Shown: positions 26,329 to 40,077, counted from the first letter of the stretch. The stretch: DNA of 64,000 nt from Bugula neritina (GCA_964035545.1 OZ037772.1:2232001-2296000); one strand, 5' to 3'. Translations and numbers: made by a program. The notes: generated from the sequence alone by a model not told the origin.

Positions 26329-29300
26329 GCCAAATATTTACTACAAAATTCAAAAATAGCATAAATTAAGTAGTATTACCGTGCCTATTTGCATCCAATT
26401 AACTAGTCTTACATTCATAGCAACTGTAACGTATTTTGTGTATAATGGTTATTGCAAGCATTATTCAATTCATATTCACATTAAAATCACAGCGAAGCTT
26501 TAACTTTATAGCTTTGTATTTATGTGCATGATTGACTTTTAATTTTTCTTTTAATTTTATATGCATTAAAAATGTGTTTAAAAACTTTACCAATAAAAAA
26601 AATTTAAAAAAATGTACACATAAAATAGAAAAAAAATAAAATAACAAAAGTGGCAAAATTTTTCCTTTATAACTTATATAAACTCGCGGTACCAATCTCG
26701 GCATAATGGCGCCCATATGATTCCGTAAGATTTGCTAATGGCAACACTCTTAATATACCACACTGGCTCTGAGCAAGAACACACCCACATGTCTACTTCT
26801 AATAATACTGCAGCTACTCCAACATTATCACATATTAAATACTTGACAAGAACCAACCACAGCCACCTGAGTCCCATCAGCAAACACTGCTCTACCAGCC
26901 ATCATTAAATTACAATAGTCTCAGCAATGGCAGTCAAAAAGTATCAAATTATTTACATTTAAATTATCTGATGACCAAAACAATAGCAGCACTAGACTGA
27001 AGTCAAACTACAACTCATAACTCATGTGTAGCTGGCAGTCTGTACAGTTGTTAGACTGAGCACCTCTAAAATTACTGTAAAACACTTGCATAGTATACTA
27101 ACTAGACATGCTGAAAGGTGGGTTTGAACCCCTTGCAGCACCAACTCACTCAGCAGTGCGGAGTCCCTATCCTCTACTCTACCAGGTGAACCCTTGGAAA
27201 GGAAGACTGAATAGAGAGTTTACTAAGAGCTCACTGCACACTACACAGAGTACACCTTAAACCTATACAATATGATATACACTTTTACCTGTGCTTACAT
27301 TCTGCATGTTACTGCAGCTGGAAATAAACTTATTGCAGGGAGACAGTATTATTCACTAATATTATTATTAGCTACAAGTCATGTGATGAAGAATATAACA
27401 TCTACTATCAGCATGTTACAGTCTTTATTACATAACTTTTAGCTAAAAATAATATCAGTGACTTGATAAATACTAACAATGTCAAAATATATCTTATGAG
27501 TGGAAGTTGTTTACTGTTAATTATTAAAATATATTATTTACTACAACATAATTATATATAAAATAACTAAACTTACTATAATAAACAGAGTATTTACCTT
27601 CAAGTGAGAGGATGAGGAGAGGTCCTCTCCATGTACAGATGTGAATCAGTTCAGATGTTGGATCAAAGGAAATACCAGTTGGGTCTGAGATGTGAGGTAA
27701 CTCCCACATTAGAGTGAGAGTTGTGTTCTCCACTTTATATCTTCTCACTTTACCATCTACAGTAGAGTCTCCTATGAGGAGAGTTGAGTCTGGGAGGATG
27801 CATACAGGTAGAGGGTACTCCATCTCAGGAAGTGGGAACTTCTGTATTTTATTGTCAACTAGGTTACAGACTACCAGCTGTTTCTCACTCCAGTCTACAA
27901 TATAGAGCAGTGAGTGGTGCTGAGCTATTCTATAGTAAGTGGGTCTATCTACTAACTGCTTGTAGAGGGAGCGAGTCTTCTCAAAGGAGTTCGGATCAAG
28001 AAGTGAGACTTCAGCTGTTTCCTCCTTTCTGTTATACCAGCTGCCAACCATCACCCCTTCAGGTTGGATTATCTCCCCCCACTCTGTAGTGTTGGTGCGT
28101 TTCACTGAGCTGATAGTACCCAGAGTCTCTCTATTTATTACTTTTACACCTACTAGTGTCCGACACATGAGATGTCCATCAGTTGAGATGTTTACTGTGT
28201 GACACCAGTCACGTACAAAAAGTCCATCAGACTGTAGAGAAGATGGTGGCTGCAGCAGCTTCAGTCCCAGACTGTCTTCACTGTCTGCAACAACAAAATA
28301 ACAATTCTATAACTTGAGAATCTCATCACCTGAGGAGGTGGGAACAGCTTTTCAAACTTAAAATAAAAAGATGTTTAAATACAAGCAGTCTGTAGTTACT
28401 ACAAGTTGCTACGTGATGCACAGGTCTAAGTGAGAATATCTTGTTAATACTGACAGCAGGCAGTCAGCATAACACAGTTTAGCAGCTCACTTATACATCA
28501 TAAACTCTGAAACACTGCAGAAATGTCTCATAATGTGAGAGTAGAACAAAACTCAATTCTCTAATAAATAAACTCTATCTACTTATTCTACTATTAAAAT
28601 ATTCAGTGAAAGCAATTCAACTGATTACAAGCAGAAAGTTATTTATAGTTAGTGTTACTATTTATAGACTCCACCTACATGTTGGTACCAAGATGCTGTC
28701 TGGAAGTACACACTTCTCTATTACACCAATATCTGTAGCCTTTTCCACCTTCTCACTCATCTCTTTGTAGTCTCTCACAATCCCTGCATCATTGAACTTA
28801 TCAACTGCATGTTGTACTGTGTCCAGCAGAGACTGTCTGCCCATTGTCTTACTCAAGGCCAGCTCTATTCTATAATTATCGACTATCTGTGTGCAGCTCT
28901 TCAAATATCCATATATTTCTAGCCTCAGGTTTGTAGCTCTCTTTCTAATCTCTGCTATCTAATAAATAGTAACACAGTATAACTACATCTGCACCTCACA
29001 ACCTCTGCACTTGAAATGAAAGTGACAGATCACCCACTGAGTGGACAATGACTCAGTCACGTGACACTCTATACACAGCAGAGAGCTAGTACATCACGTG
29101 ACTAGTCTCCTCCTCCTGACACCTGTCAATCACTCACACAGCCAACCTCTCTGTGTGAGTGATTGACAGTTGCAGAAGGATGAGTGAGTCATCTGTATTG
29201 ACAGGTTCCTCTGCACTGAGTAACATGTGATGAATGACTACTGCTACTTGTACACAAAATGATAATACTTCAATGGCCAGTTAATTCTAGTGGTAAATGA

Positions 29301-32300
29301 AATTCATTTCTATTTACAACTCAAAAACCAAATGCAAATTCCAATTTCAGACAAACAGAAATACACTAAATGACATCACCATGTCAGCATACCTGAGCGT
29401 CAGCCACAGCGTTTACTCTGGCAACCATCTTCTTCACTTCATCTTCTATTTTACTCAGTTCTTTCCAGGCATCCTTTGAGATGTCATTCAACTCTGCAAC
29501 TTTCTCAGACAGAGTCTCTATTCCACCAGTCAGACTTTCTCGTAACTCACAAGACAAATCACTCAAAGATGCCAGGTCATGGAATGCTACTGTCTCCTCT
29601 GTATACATAAAATCACACTATTTATAAAAGCATTATTATAGATATGATATTGTACTTATTCTACACCTACTACCTGTACCTACAGGTTGATGATGTATCA
29701 CTACACACATACTATGTAATAACTAGACAGTTGGACTTGGACTAGAAAGATGTCATTTATATTCACTGGTTAGCTCAATAATCACTATACTTCTAACTAC
29801 AGGTTGATGATGTATCACTACACACATACTATGTAATTACTAGACAGTTGGTTGGACTAGAAATATTTCACAGGTTAGCTCATTAATCACTGCACTTGGA
29901 ATAATATAATTGAAAAAGTTAGAGCAGTGACTCCCAACCTTGGGAGAATTCCCCCTGCAGAGAATTTGGGTTTTTCAGGGGTTTCATTTCTAAAAAATTC
30001 CCACAGTTTACCAGCTCTTTGAGCTCTTGCCTTGTTTTCCAGGTTACATGTATATGTATAACTATGACTAAACTGAAGTTGTGACAGACACTGATCCATG
30101 TCAAACACACTGGCCTTTTCTGGAAAAAATCTGTACCCTGATTTTCTTTATGAATATAAGTTACAGTGTTTCTCAAAAGGGGGGAAACTTAATAGAAAAC
30201 ATTTATAAAAAGAGGGAGGGTATGAAAAAGGTGGGACACCACTGAGTTAAAGCTATGCCTATACCATCTTATCAAGGGAACAGACACTTGAAGGATGAAA
30301 TATACTAAATATTCAACATAACAGTGAGAATATAAACTCCTGCACTATCCACTTCTGTCTCACACAAACCTTAATGCTGACAAACTTACTTTCTCTTTTA
30401 CTGTTACATAACTCACTTTAATTATAAAATAATAAATAACAGTTTCTTGTAACATTTCTCAGCTTCTTTCTACAGAAATAGAAACAGAGAGTAAATACCT
30501 GTCTCATCCTTACAGCCAGTCCTCATATCACATCTCATACAGAATATCTGGTGACACTTGGAACACACTTCTGTCAGCTGTTCCTCTTTATGATGTTCAC
30601 ATTCAGTTAGAGTATATCTTTGGGGAGAAGCTCTGTAGACCTCAATGTCAATAAACTGATGTCTATCTCCCATCAGCTCTCTGTGATTCTGTATAATAAA
30701 GGTCAACAGTTTAGTTGGTTGTATTTTCACCAACAAGTCTGTTATAGTTGACTCACTGCACTGTGAAACTGTGTGTTTAGTATAAAAAGTCACACAGACT
30801 CAACATTTCTTTTCAATAATATTCTACACACAAACCAGAACTGGTTTAGTAACTAGTCTTGAGAAATTATATAAGAAAGACTCACTTCTTGATGCTGCTG
30901 ACACAATTTCTTTTGACTCTCAAGACAAAACACAGCAGCTTCAGTTCCACCTTTACACACATCGCAGGGAATGGGTGCAGGTTTGGGTGGAGACTTGTAT
31001 TCTAACGGGTCTCCATGCTGAGCTACTGGTAGTGCTGTGGGATCTGTGATGTCATAGTGATCTTTCCTACAATATATAGCAATCAGTATGTTACCTGTGT
31101 TAGCTGTGTTTAGTATATCTCAAGTAATGAAATACTCCATTCACACACACAGCTATGTCCTTGACAAATACTCAAATAAATACTCATCACTCATCGACAC
31201 ACATTCATTATATAGACCACAGGCTATCACACAAACACACTTGACTATATTATGTACTTAATATGCTGGAAAATAGTCACTCATGACAAAGAACTGCTAC
31301 TCAACAAACAGACTCAACTGTAACTTGTATTGTAAAATGACAAGACAAATTACTAGTTAACTACTGAGTGGAGGCCACATTGTCAATAATTATTCACTTC
31401 TGTTGCAAGTTTGTGCAATGCAACTAATTACTGAGGAGTGAATTCTGAGGAGCCAATACTACAACATACTACAACTATTCCCTGCCACTCTTAGCCTAGG
31501 GCCACACTGTGCGTATTTTCGCATGCGAAAATTAAAATCACAAGTAGCAAAGGTGTCCACTGTAGCGTCAGTGATGCGTGATAAATAAAGCTTTCATTTT
31601 CAAATCGCACTCGCTTTCAATAAAACGCAATTTACTGGAATATAGCACTAAATAAAGAAATTGGGCTCGCTGAATAGCTACCAGCCAATTAGGTGACGAT
31701 TCGCACTTGCGTTGAAAATGCAGAGCGACAAGTGCGAAGGTTTTCTCAACGCGCACAGTGGACACCTTTGCTACTTGTGATTTCAATTTTCGCATGCGAA
31801 AATACGCACCTTGTGGCCCTACGCTAACTGCTAGGAGTGGTGCGAAACTGTCATTTCATCATCCTTGGCAATGTGTCAAGAGCTAGTGCACCGTGAGTGC
31901 GTGTCACGTGTGAGTGTTGCCTATCTCGTGCAGCTATCATAAGAAGAGTGAGTCATACACTGCGTTTCCATTATCGCATTATGCGAATGGATTTTCTCAT
32001 TCGCTCTATGGAAACAGTTGCATCGAAGCAAAACCGCAGCCGGAAATTACACCGAACGGCTCCTTCGATGAAAATTTTCCTTCGCATTATGCGCATCATG
32101 GAAATGGTTCCTTCGGTTAAATCGAATGAAACTTTTTGTGCCGGAGGCAGAGATCAGCATTTGTGGCGGCTAGTTACATAGTTACGCGATGCTAACAATA
32201 ATTATAGGTTACAACCTACGCTAAAGTGTACTTCGACTTTTAAAAATTTAAATTATTTTATTTATCCTAGCTGCTATTATTTAAAATAATTACTAATCAT

Positions 32301-34925
32301 CTTAAATTTATAAAACTATTCTGCAAGCCAAAGCTTTCTCAAGCTAAAAATAAGTTGACAGCTAATTTCATTTTGAAAATTTAAATTACTTTTAAGTTGC
32401 GTTTATACCTCTGCTGAAAAAAGTACCGAGTTTAAGTTAATAATGCTTGTCCGGGTACCCCTTTATAGTCAAACTGAAACTCGTTGAAACCATATTGATG
32501 CGGTTGCTCACTTTCTGAAATTGAAATTTGACTCGCATAATAGCTATTTGATGCCTTTTGTAAACGTCGTGAATTAGTGAAGCGGAAACCATAAAAGCGA
32601 TAATTGAGAAGGCGTAGGCTATATAATTATAACCTTATAAGTACGTTGTCTAATCGCCAAAGTAATAACTAAATAATGATGTTTACAAGGAGTTATTACT
32701 CCTATTCCAAAATTGGCCGATTAAGTTATCACAGTACAAAAATTTCAACGAGTGGCTTTTACAATGCAATGCAACTAGGAGAAATTTCAACCCGGCCAAA
32801 TTGAAATTTTGACCGAAAATCGTGAAGGTATAAACGCAACTTTAAGCTTTTGTTTATCGATCAAGAAATACGTTATGCTTTCATTGGTTTATAGTTTAAA
32901 TAAACTGACTCAAAGTTTGTGTATTTAGTTGATTTAATCTATCAAAAATGGGGACAGAATTAAAAAATTGTCGTTGTGCATGAACTCAAACTCAAAGTTG
33001 GCCATATTAATTATCATTTTAGTTCGGCCGTCACAGTTGCAAAGAGAAGATAACTTCGTACGGATTGCATAGGAACGTGTGGTTTTTCCTTCGATGTAAT
33101 CCGTACGGGCATCCGTACGCATTCATTCAACGCAGTGATAGGATAAGTTGTAGTTAGTAATCCATTTAACTATCTTCAGTGTAGTACTACTATGTATGTG
33201 CAGCAGGTTGGATCACAGTCTAAGTCAGAGGGGGGGGGGGGGTTGGCATAATATAGGCCCAAATCCTCAACACTATTCATGACTCAGTACAAAGCAACAC
33301 TTAATACAACTGACTGATGGTAGAAGAAGTACCAACTCATCAAAGCTAAAGGAAACACTCAATTCACAGATTATATTAGACACTGATTGACACCCCATAA
33401 TATTACATTGTACCAAATACAATTGTGATGGCTATCTAATATTCTATCAAAATTTCAGCATTGAATTTAACTAAATAGGTCACAGAATCACTGTTTCCTG
33501 TCTTAGGGACTGACTACTAATTGTCATAAGACCTGCTCTTCAGTCAAATAATTTCCCAGTGACTGCTTGGCCTTGTCAATGGCTATTATGCTTTGGCAGC
33601 CCGGATGTTGGCAGAACTTTGAACAGCTAGTGGTAATAGTAGCAGCTGCTAGACTCTAGACTCTAGAGCTATGAGTCTATCGCATAAGAACTAAAGCTAT
33701 TGAGCAAACTGCCATCATAAAAGTACCTCTCTCAACATTATATTAAAATAATATAATTCTATTCCTTACAGATTACACATAACCATGGACAATAACCAGA
33801 CACTCCACTCTCACTACACAATCACTACATACTAGTAAACTGTACTTTGTGCCACAGCAACTCTGTTGTCATGACAACATCATACATGTTTCTAATTGCA
33901 GGAAAGAAGATAGTAAACACAAGTCAATCCAACACAGTGGTTCCCAACCTGGGAGAATCCCCCTATAAGAGGGAATTTGGGCTTTTTAGGGGGAGCCTGG
34001 ATTTCGATTTTGAAAATTTCAAGCAGTTTGTTAAAGACTTTTGAGCTCTTGCAAGTTACATGTACATGTATATCTATAAGCATTCATCTTAGCTTATCTA
34101 TTTAACCAGTTCTGCCATCTCAGTCTACTTCTACATGAATGTGTTTTAATTACAATTTTGGGGTTGGGGTTTAGGGGTTGGGGTGGGAGGTTTGAAAGCA
34201 AGCTGACACAATGTCATCAGCTGCAGCCATAATATTAATAATTGAACTGCTCTGTGTTTCATACATGCATAATATAATTATCAGAAATAACTATATTATA
34301 TTCAAATGTAATAGGAAAAATATTGCATAGTAATCTATATTATCATTATGTCAGTCATGGATTTTTTCGTTTTTTAAAGGGGGGATAATTAATAGTAAAC
34401 ATTTATGAAAGTGGGGATGATATGAAAAAGGTTGGTCTAACAAGTCTTGTACTGTATGAGAACAAAATAATATAATGAGGAGACAACCCCAATCCCATGA
34501 CATCCAACAGTATACCACAATTCAACAAGAGAGGACAGCTGATGGTGCAATCTACATAACAGTTACTTTCTCTACCTAATGAAAAGATATCCACACACTC
34601 CACAAGTTAGTAACCAGAGTTCACATAGAATATACAGTATTGTTTGCTTGTCATAGACATAGATCAGACAACTCCTAGATGATAGTGAGAAAATCATACG
34701 CAAGCCTATAACATGATATATTGTGTTATGTACTGTAACTCACCTACAATAAGCACATCTGATATGATCCTTCCTACCACCGATGTCAGTCTTCAAACAT
34801 CTCATGCAGTACACATGCAGACAGGGCAGAGTTCTGGGGTCTTCAAGTTTGTTGAAGTACTGCGAGCAGTACCCACAGCGATACGAATTGTTTAGTCTCT
34901 TTTTCACAACTCTGGATTCTGCCAT
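24040..34925 (-). CDS. TRIM-like E3 ligase (RING, degenerate B-box1, B-box2, coiled coil, NHL-like beta-propeller), 619 aa. Exons 34925-34744, 31066-30886, 30688-30499, 29598-29393, 28958-28679, 28284-27598, 24173-24040
   Basis: All six introns are GT-AG and phase-consistent (2,0,1,0,1,1), totalling 1860 nt with no internal stop. RING: CGYCSQYFNKLEDPRTLPCLHVYCMRC...CAYC. B-box1: CDVC..FCLES..LCQQH. B-box2: CEHH..CSKC..FCMRC. Propeller-like motifs: LLYIVDW, LLIGDS, PTGISFDP. Confidence 0.9.
24354..26765. mobile_element. Non-autonomous hAT-type foldback element, 2412 bp, in the last TRIM intron
   Basis: Perfect 24-bp TIR CAGTGTGGTATATTAAGAGTGTTG and perfect 8-bp TSD GCTCTGAG (24346-24353 / 26766-26773). 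Inverted arms of about 370 bp (about 24413-24781 vs 26325-26692) flank a roughly 1.55-kb almost pure A/T core. Confidence 0.92.
29925..30244 (+). mobile_element. hAT-Charlie-type MITE (320 bp)
   Basis: Termini CAGTGACTCCCAACCT...AGGTGGGACACCACTG; 8-bp TSD AGTTAGAG/AGTTAAAG (1 mismatch). Related to 33935-34433 and 38207-39307. Confidence 0.8.
31494..31824. mobile_element. MITE with about 70-bp TIRs (PIF/Harbinger-like)
   Basis: GCCTAGGGCCACACTGTGCGTATTTTCGCATGCGAAAATT...AGGTGTCCACTGT has its inverse at the right end, flanked by TTA/TAA. A similar terminus (TAAGCCCTGGCCACAC) occurs at about 63388. Confidence 0.85.
32394..32841. mobile_element. Kolobok-like non-autonomous DNA element
   Basis: TIR AAGTTGCGTTTATACCT / AGGTATAAACGCAACTT with TTAA at both ends; second copy at about 13887-14272. 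Confidence 0.7.
33935..34433 (+). mobile_element. hAT-Charlie-type MITE, longer deletion variant
   Basis: Starts CAGTGGTTCCCAACCTGGGAGAATCC and ends ...TATGAAAAAGGTTGG; internal segments are shared with 29925 and, inverted, with 38207-38460. Confidence 0.7.
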
Positions 34926-35604
34926 CTTGGTTATATGATAAGGAAATCCTGTAAAAGATACACATACTCTTAGCATAATATTTCACACTACATCTGTGAA
35001 GGTTTCCAAATCAAAGACTTAACCCTTAACAATAAACCATACAAAATAAAGACATGAAAAATAATGTTAAACAAAGGCAGTTAATAAAACTGGTATACAT
35101 GATAGTCAGCTACAACATGCTGAGCTCACAGCTTTAACTCTCTAACAAAGGCTGTATTGTTTCCATTGTAATCACTGAATAGGTTTTTGCTGGTGACTCA
35201 AACTCCTTATACAATAAATATGAAGCAATGTTGTGTGCTTCAGTGAACACTATTATTCTACTTCTATTGAACATCACTATTCAAGTGTTTCTAATATATA
35301 GAGGAGAAGTGAAACATGAATACCAGTGAGTTATGTATTACTTTTATGAACAAACAGCACAATTAGGCTCAGCTGCTTATCCCCTCATTCAAAGATATCA
35401 GCCAGTTTTACAATGTTACCTGCCCATTTTTGGGCTAGATACATTGCGTGGGCTCACGCTAAGACACAAAATAGGGGGAAACATAGCAGTGGGAGAAAAC
35501 ATAGTTTCATGAAATATTTTGTGCTGGGTGTTGAAAATACTTTGTTTTCTCAATAACCTAAATGACAAAATTCATTTTAAAATTTCTGCAGTGTTGGTGA
35601 TGCA

Positions 35605-35607
35605 TGA

Positions 35608-35638
<31 letters not shown>

Positions 35639-36212
35639 TATTACATATCACAAACATGACAACACGTTGCAAAATTCAGTGCAAATGCTGATTATAACAT
35701 AACTAGGCATGAACAAAATTAAGAGAAAAAGTCAAAACTCTGTTAGACTATTTAAAATAAAAGCTCGTTTAAAGTATTTACAAGATGTCGCAAGAAGCTA
35801 TCTCTGCCCCATGCCCCTCTATATTTGATAGTTCGATATCTTCCAGAAGGGCATTGACTCAGAAAGTTATTGATAAAATGGTCATTGTCTGCTATATATT
35901 TGATAGCAAGTTCTTTAGTGAGTTTCTGAATGTGCAAGTCAATGTTTAGATACTCAATCCCAAGTTTTGAGCAATCTTTGAAAATCCTTCGAATGGCTTT
36001 TTTATCACTGGCATAGATACAAGTAAAAATAGTAGGTAGACAATAGGCGATGCGGGACAAGATGGAACTTTTGAATAACATATTTGCTAGAGGTTTAGAG
36101 CTAAGATATGCAAAACTCTTCACAATATACATTCTTCTTGATACTGTTGTAACTACTGATTGTACATGTTCATGAAATCTCAAATTCTGATCCACTAACA
36201 CACCAAGATATT
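35605..36212 (-). mobile_element. 5'-truncated LINE (CR1/L2 group) 3' end
   Basis: The ORF reads LGVLVDQNLRFHEHV...SILSRIAYC...PSGRYR (post-RT region), followed by a 3' UTR, AATAAA and an (ATCA)n tail. Confidence 0.85.
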
Positions 36213-37559
36213 AATATGTTACTTAGATTCACTCTTCCACCAGCCAGGGAAAAAGCCATCAACTGCTAGTTTGCTATTCTTATCATCTAATAGAAACTAT
36301 GGTGATGTGAAACATACTAATTTAACATGTTTGTGCTTTTGTTAGGTCAGGTGTAGTTGTTTCATGAGTTGGCAGCTTCTACACTCATCTCTGGCCAATT
36401 ATTTATTCTACACTCTTACCTAGCAAATGATTTATTAACACTAACCTCATATTTTTATGTTTACAACAATAGCAGATCATATAAATGTGGCTAACCTAGT
36501 CATGTGAATTTATATTACGTGATAATCACCAAGATTATCATTATAAATAAATTTAATGATGGTAGGGGACCTGGCAGTAAAACCAACTGCAACACTAAAT
36601 CTAATACTGATAGTTATAGTAGAGCAATAATAGTAACTTACACTTTATATTTATACTTGTAGTAAATGTAATGCAATGAGTAAAAATTACTAATACTAAT
36701 TAGTAATTACTCATACAACAATACTAATACTAATAGTAATACCAGTAATCCTAATAGGAGATGCAATATCAATACTAATTGTGATTACTAATAGTAATAC
36801 TTAAAGTTAATACAAATATTTATATAAATAATAGTGCGAAACTGAAATACCTAGTCTCAATTCTTATATAGTTATACCAACAGTAAATCGAATAGCAATA
36901 CTAAGAGTAATCTAATAGTACATGTATTACTAATAGACTAATACTTATAGTACGTAATAGTAATCTGTAATCATAGGCTACTACTACTACTGTAGACCTA
37001 GTAGTACTAGTAGTAGTAGTACTAGTACTACTACTAGTAGATCAATTTTTCAGTATTAAAACTTGAACCTAAACTTGAAGTCGATTAAATTTTTTATAAT
37101 AATAATAAATTTAATATCATTAATACGATATTCATATTTATATTATTCGATAAATCATTATAATTAATTAATTATTGATCATATGCCTATGGGCTATGGT
37201 ATTACTATGTCTATTGTAAATTTCAAATCAAAGACTCAAAGAGAAACAATTATATTTAATTAACATTATAACATTAACTCATAACTGTAAGAATTTTAAT
37301 TTATATAACTTATAATTTGAATATAACTTAGTCTTAAGCTTAATCTTATATTGATAGTATATAAGTTATAAGCCTAGACTTAAACCTAAAGCCTAAAGGC
37401 TAAAAGTAAAACTAAAACTAAAAGTAAAAGTAAATCTAGAATTAAAATAGTAAAATACTAAATACTAATAGTAATACTAATACTAATAGTAATAGTAATA
37501 ATAAATAATAAAATACTTAAATACTTAAATAGTAAATCTAACTGCAAGTATTAAAGTAC

Positions 37560-37820
37560 GGGTACCTGATTAATTTGAGAAATAATGAGATGACTCAAAC
37601 TGTTCTCACCTCACGAGAGTCAATAGTGTCAGTCTGTAAACTGGTAAGAAACTTGGTAGCTAGTAACTGAATAAAACTAAAGTAACGAGGAAGTTCCGCG
37701 CGCAGAAGGATTATAACACGTCACTCAACTACAAAGGTCGGCTCTATAATAATCACGTGAAAGAAATGTGCGTTCAGTGAGCCGAGCGCTATATTTTAGC
37801 GTCGAAGAGAGACAACTCTA
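37560..37820 (-). promoter_or_regulatory. Candidate promoter and non-coding first exon of the TRIM gene
   Basis: A CpG-richer island with a GAGGAAGT (ETS-like) motif and a minus-strand CAG|GTACC donor at about 37564. The ATG exon has its own acceptor at 34949-34950, so an upstream UTR exon is expected. Confidence 0.35.
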
Positions 37821-38206
37821 AGGTTGAAATCTGAAAAATTATCCAGGGCACCAGGTGTGCATGTTTTTCAATTGAGCTATTTTAGAATATCTAATTCCGG
37901 TCCTGTATATTTTCAAATTACAAAAATACCGATAACATCTATGTCCTTTTTAGTAGCAAAATCTTTACAAGGACTTTGTCTCTTATTAGTAGTCTTCAGT
38001 ATCAGCTAGCACTTGCATCTTTTTTGTTTGTACTTTCATTATGTAAAATATTTTTATTATGTTTAAGTTGAGCTGTTTAGTACTATAGGATATTCAGCGA
38101 CATCACTGAACATCTGATTAATCCTGAATTTTCTTAACTGGCAGGCTGCAATCAAGATGGCAGAGGGATGTGATGCTATGGTAGAGGTGTGGTGGTTCCT
38201 CTAGCA

Positions 38207-39307
38207 CAGTGGTTCCGATCCTTTTTCATACCATACCATCCCCCCCTTCCATAACTGTTTACTATTAAGTTCCCCTCTTTCTATAAGTGCAATTTATGAA
38301 TGATAGGCATAATATACAATAGAAGTCTATATTTGTTCTAGTATATTTGATTATAATATAAGATTATGATTATTATATTATGCATGTAAAAAGCACAGAG
38401 CAGTTCAATTATTAATATGATGGCTGAAGCTGGTGAATTTGTGCTTCAGCTTGCTTAAGTTTGACTTGGGTTTTGACAAGCTGTACATTGTAGGTCACTT
38501 TGCAGGTCAAGGCAGTTTGATTTGGTGATTCCTAACCATTAGCATATTAATTGAAGGAATCCTATCTTATATAAAAACCTGGTGCTGAATGGCACTAAAA
38601 CTGTTAGTGTAGTCAGCAATGTGTGGGTAGAGTTTGCTTGTGAAAACACAGAACTCAAAAAATCATTCTTCACTGCAAACCAGCTCAATGACACTCTCAT
38701 GTAACTCTCTTATGAAGGTAGCTCAGAGAAATACTGTCAAATAATCTTAAAAGTTCAAATATATTTGCAGAAATACTTTTTGAAAGATATCTCTGGAACA
38801 GGTTCTTTTTCTAATAATTTATTGAGTGTGAGGATAGTTGTATCATAGAATTATGTCAAGGTCACAACTTGAGTTCAGCTTTGAAAGGATTGATGCAGCT
38901 ATAATGAAGAGTGATGATGTGATGATTGCACTGGAACACAGGAAATATATCCACTATATGTATGCAGTGTGTATAGTTTATAGAAATGAGCTTGCATTGC
39001 TGCTTAAACTTCCTGTTGGTTTTGCTTCCAATTAAAACTTCTGAACCTTCATTCGTAGTAGGAGGGGTAGCAGCTAGAGTAGAGTGAATATTAGACACAT
39101 GGATGTAGAAGTATAAACTTAGATTGTAGAGTGTAGTGTGGACAAATATACGAACTACATAAAATGAATGAGTTATAGTTATACATATACAGTACATGTA
39201 ATCTTGAAAACAAGGCAAGAGCTCAGAGAGCTGGTAACAAACTGTGAAATTTTTAGAAATGAAAATCTTCCCTAAAAAAGCCCAAATTCATAACTTGGGA
39301 AGATCTG
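38207..39307 (-). mobile_element. hAT-Charlie internal-deletion derivative with decayed transposase C-terminus
   Basis: Its ends match the 29925/33935 family in reverse; TSD-like CTCTAGCA/GTCTAGCT. The minus strand near 38490-38600 reads LVPFSTRFLYKIGF...NCLDLQSDLQC, resembling the hAT dimerisation motif LLPFSTTYLCE.GFS...RNRLD...DLR. Confidence 0.7.
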
Positions 39308-39412
39308 GTCTAGCTGAGCTAAGGTGAGGGGAGGTGAGAGAGTAACCCAGTTCCAGTGTATAATATTCATCATTATAGAGTGACAAGAGCATCTCATTTG
39401 TATGTTTATTAA

Positions 39413-40077
39413 TATAACATAATATACTGTATAACATAGTATACTGTATAACATGGTATACTGTATAACATAATATACTGTATAACATAGTATACCGTAT
39501 AACATAGTATACTGTATAACATAGTATACCGTATAACATAGTATCCTGTATAACATAATATACTGTATAACATAATATGCTGTATAACATAGTATACTGT
39601 ATAGCATAATATACTGTATAACATAATATACTGCATAACATAGTATACTGTATAACATAATATACTGTATAACGTAGTATACTGTATAACATAATATACT
39701 GTATAACATAATATGCTGTATAACATAGTATACTGTATAGCATAATATACTGTATAACATAATATACTGCATAACATAGTATACTGTATAACATAATATA
39801 CTGTATAACGTAGTATACTGTATAACATAATATACTGTATAACATAGTATACTGTATAACATAATATACTGTATAACATAATATGTTGTATAACATAGTA
39901 TACTGTATAACATAATATACTGTATAACATAATATTCTGTATAACATAATATACTGTATAACATAATATACTGTATAACATAATATACTGTATAACATAA
40001 TATACTGTATAACATTTAATATACTGTATAACATAGTATGCTGTATAACATCATATACTGTATGACATAATATACTG
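39413..40077. repeat. 17-bp minisatellite, about 39 copies (TATACTGTATAACATA[A/G])
   Basis: Visible tandem array; source of three spurious minus-strand ORFs. Confidence 0.97.

Noticed and set aside
39272-40034. Three overlapping Tyr/Ile-rich ORFs
   Set aside because: They are translations of the 17-bp minisatellite.
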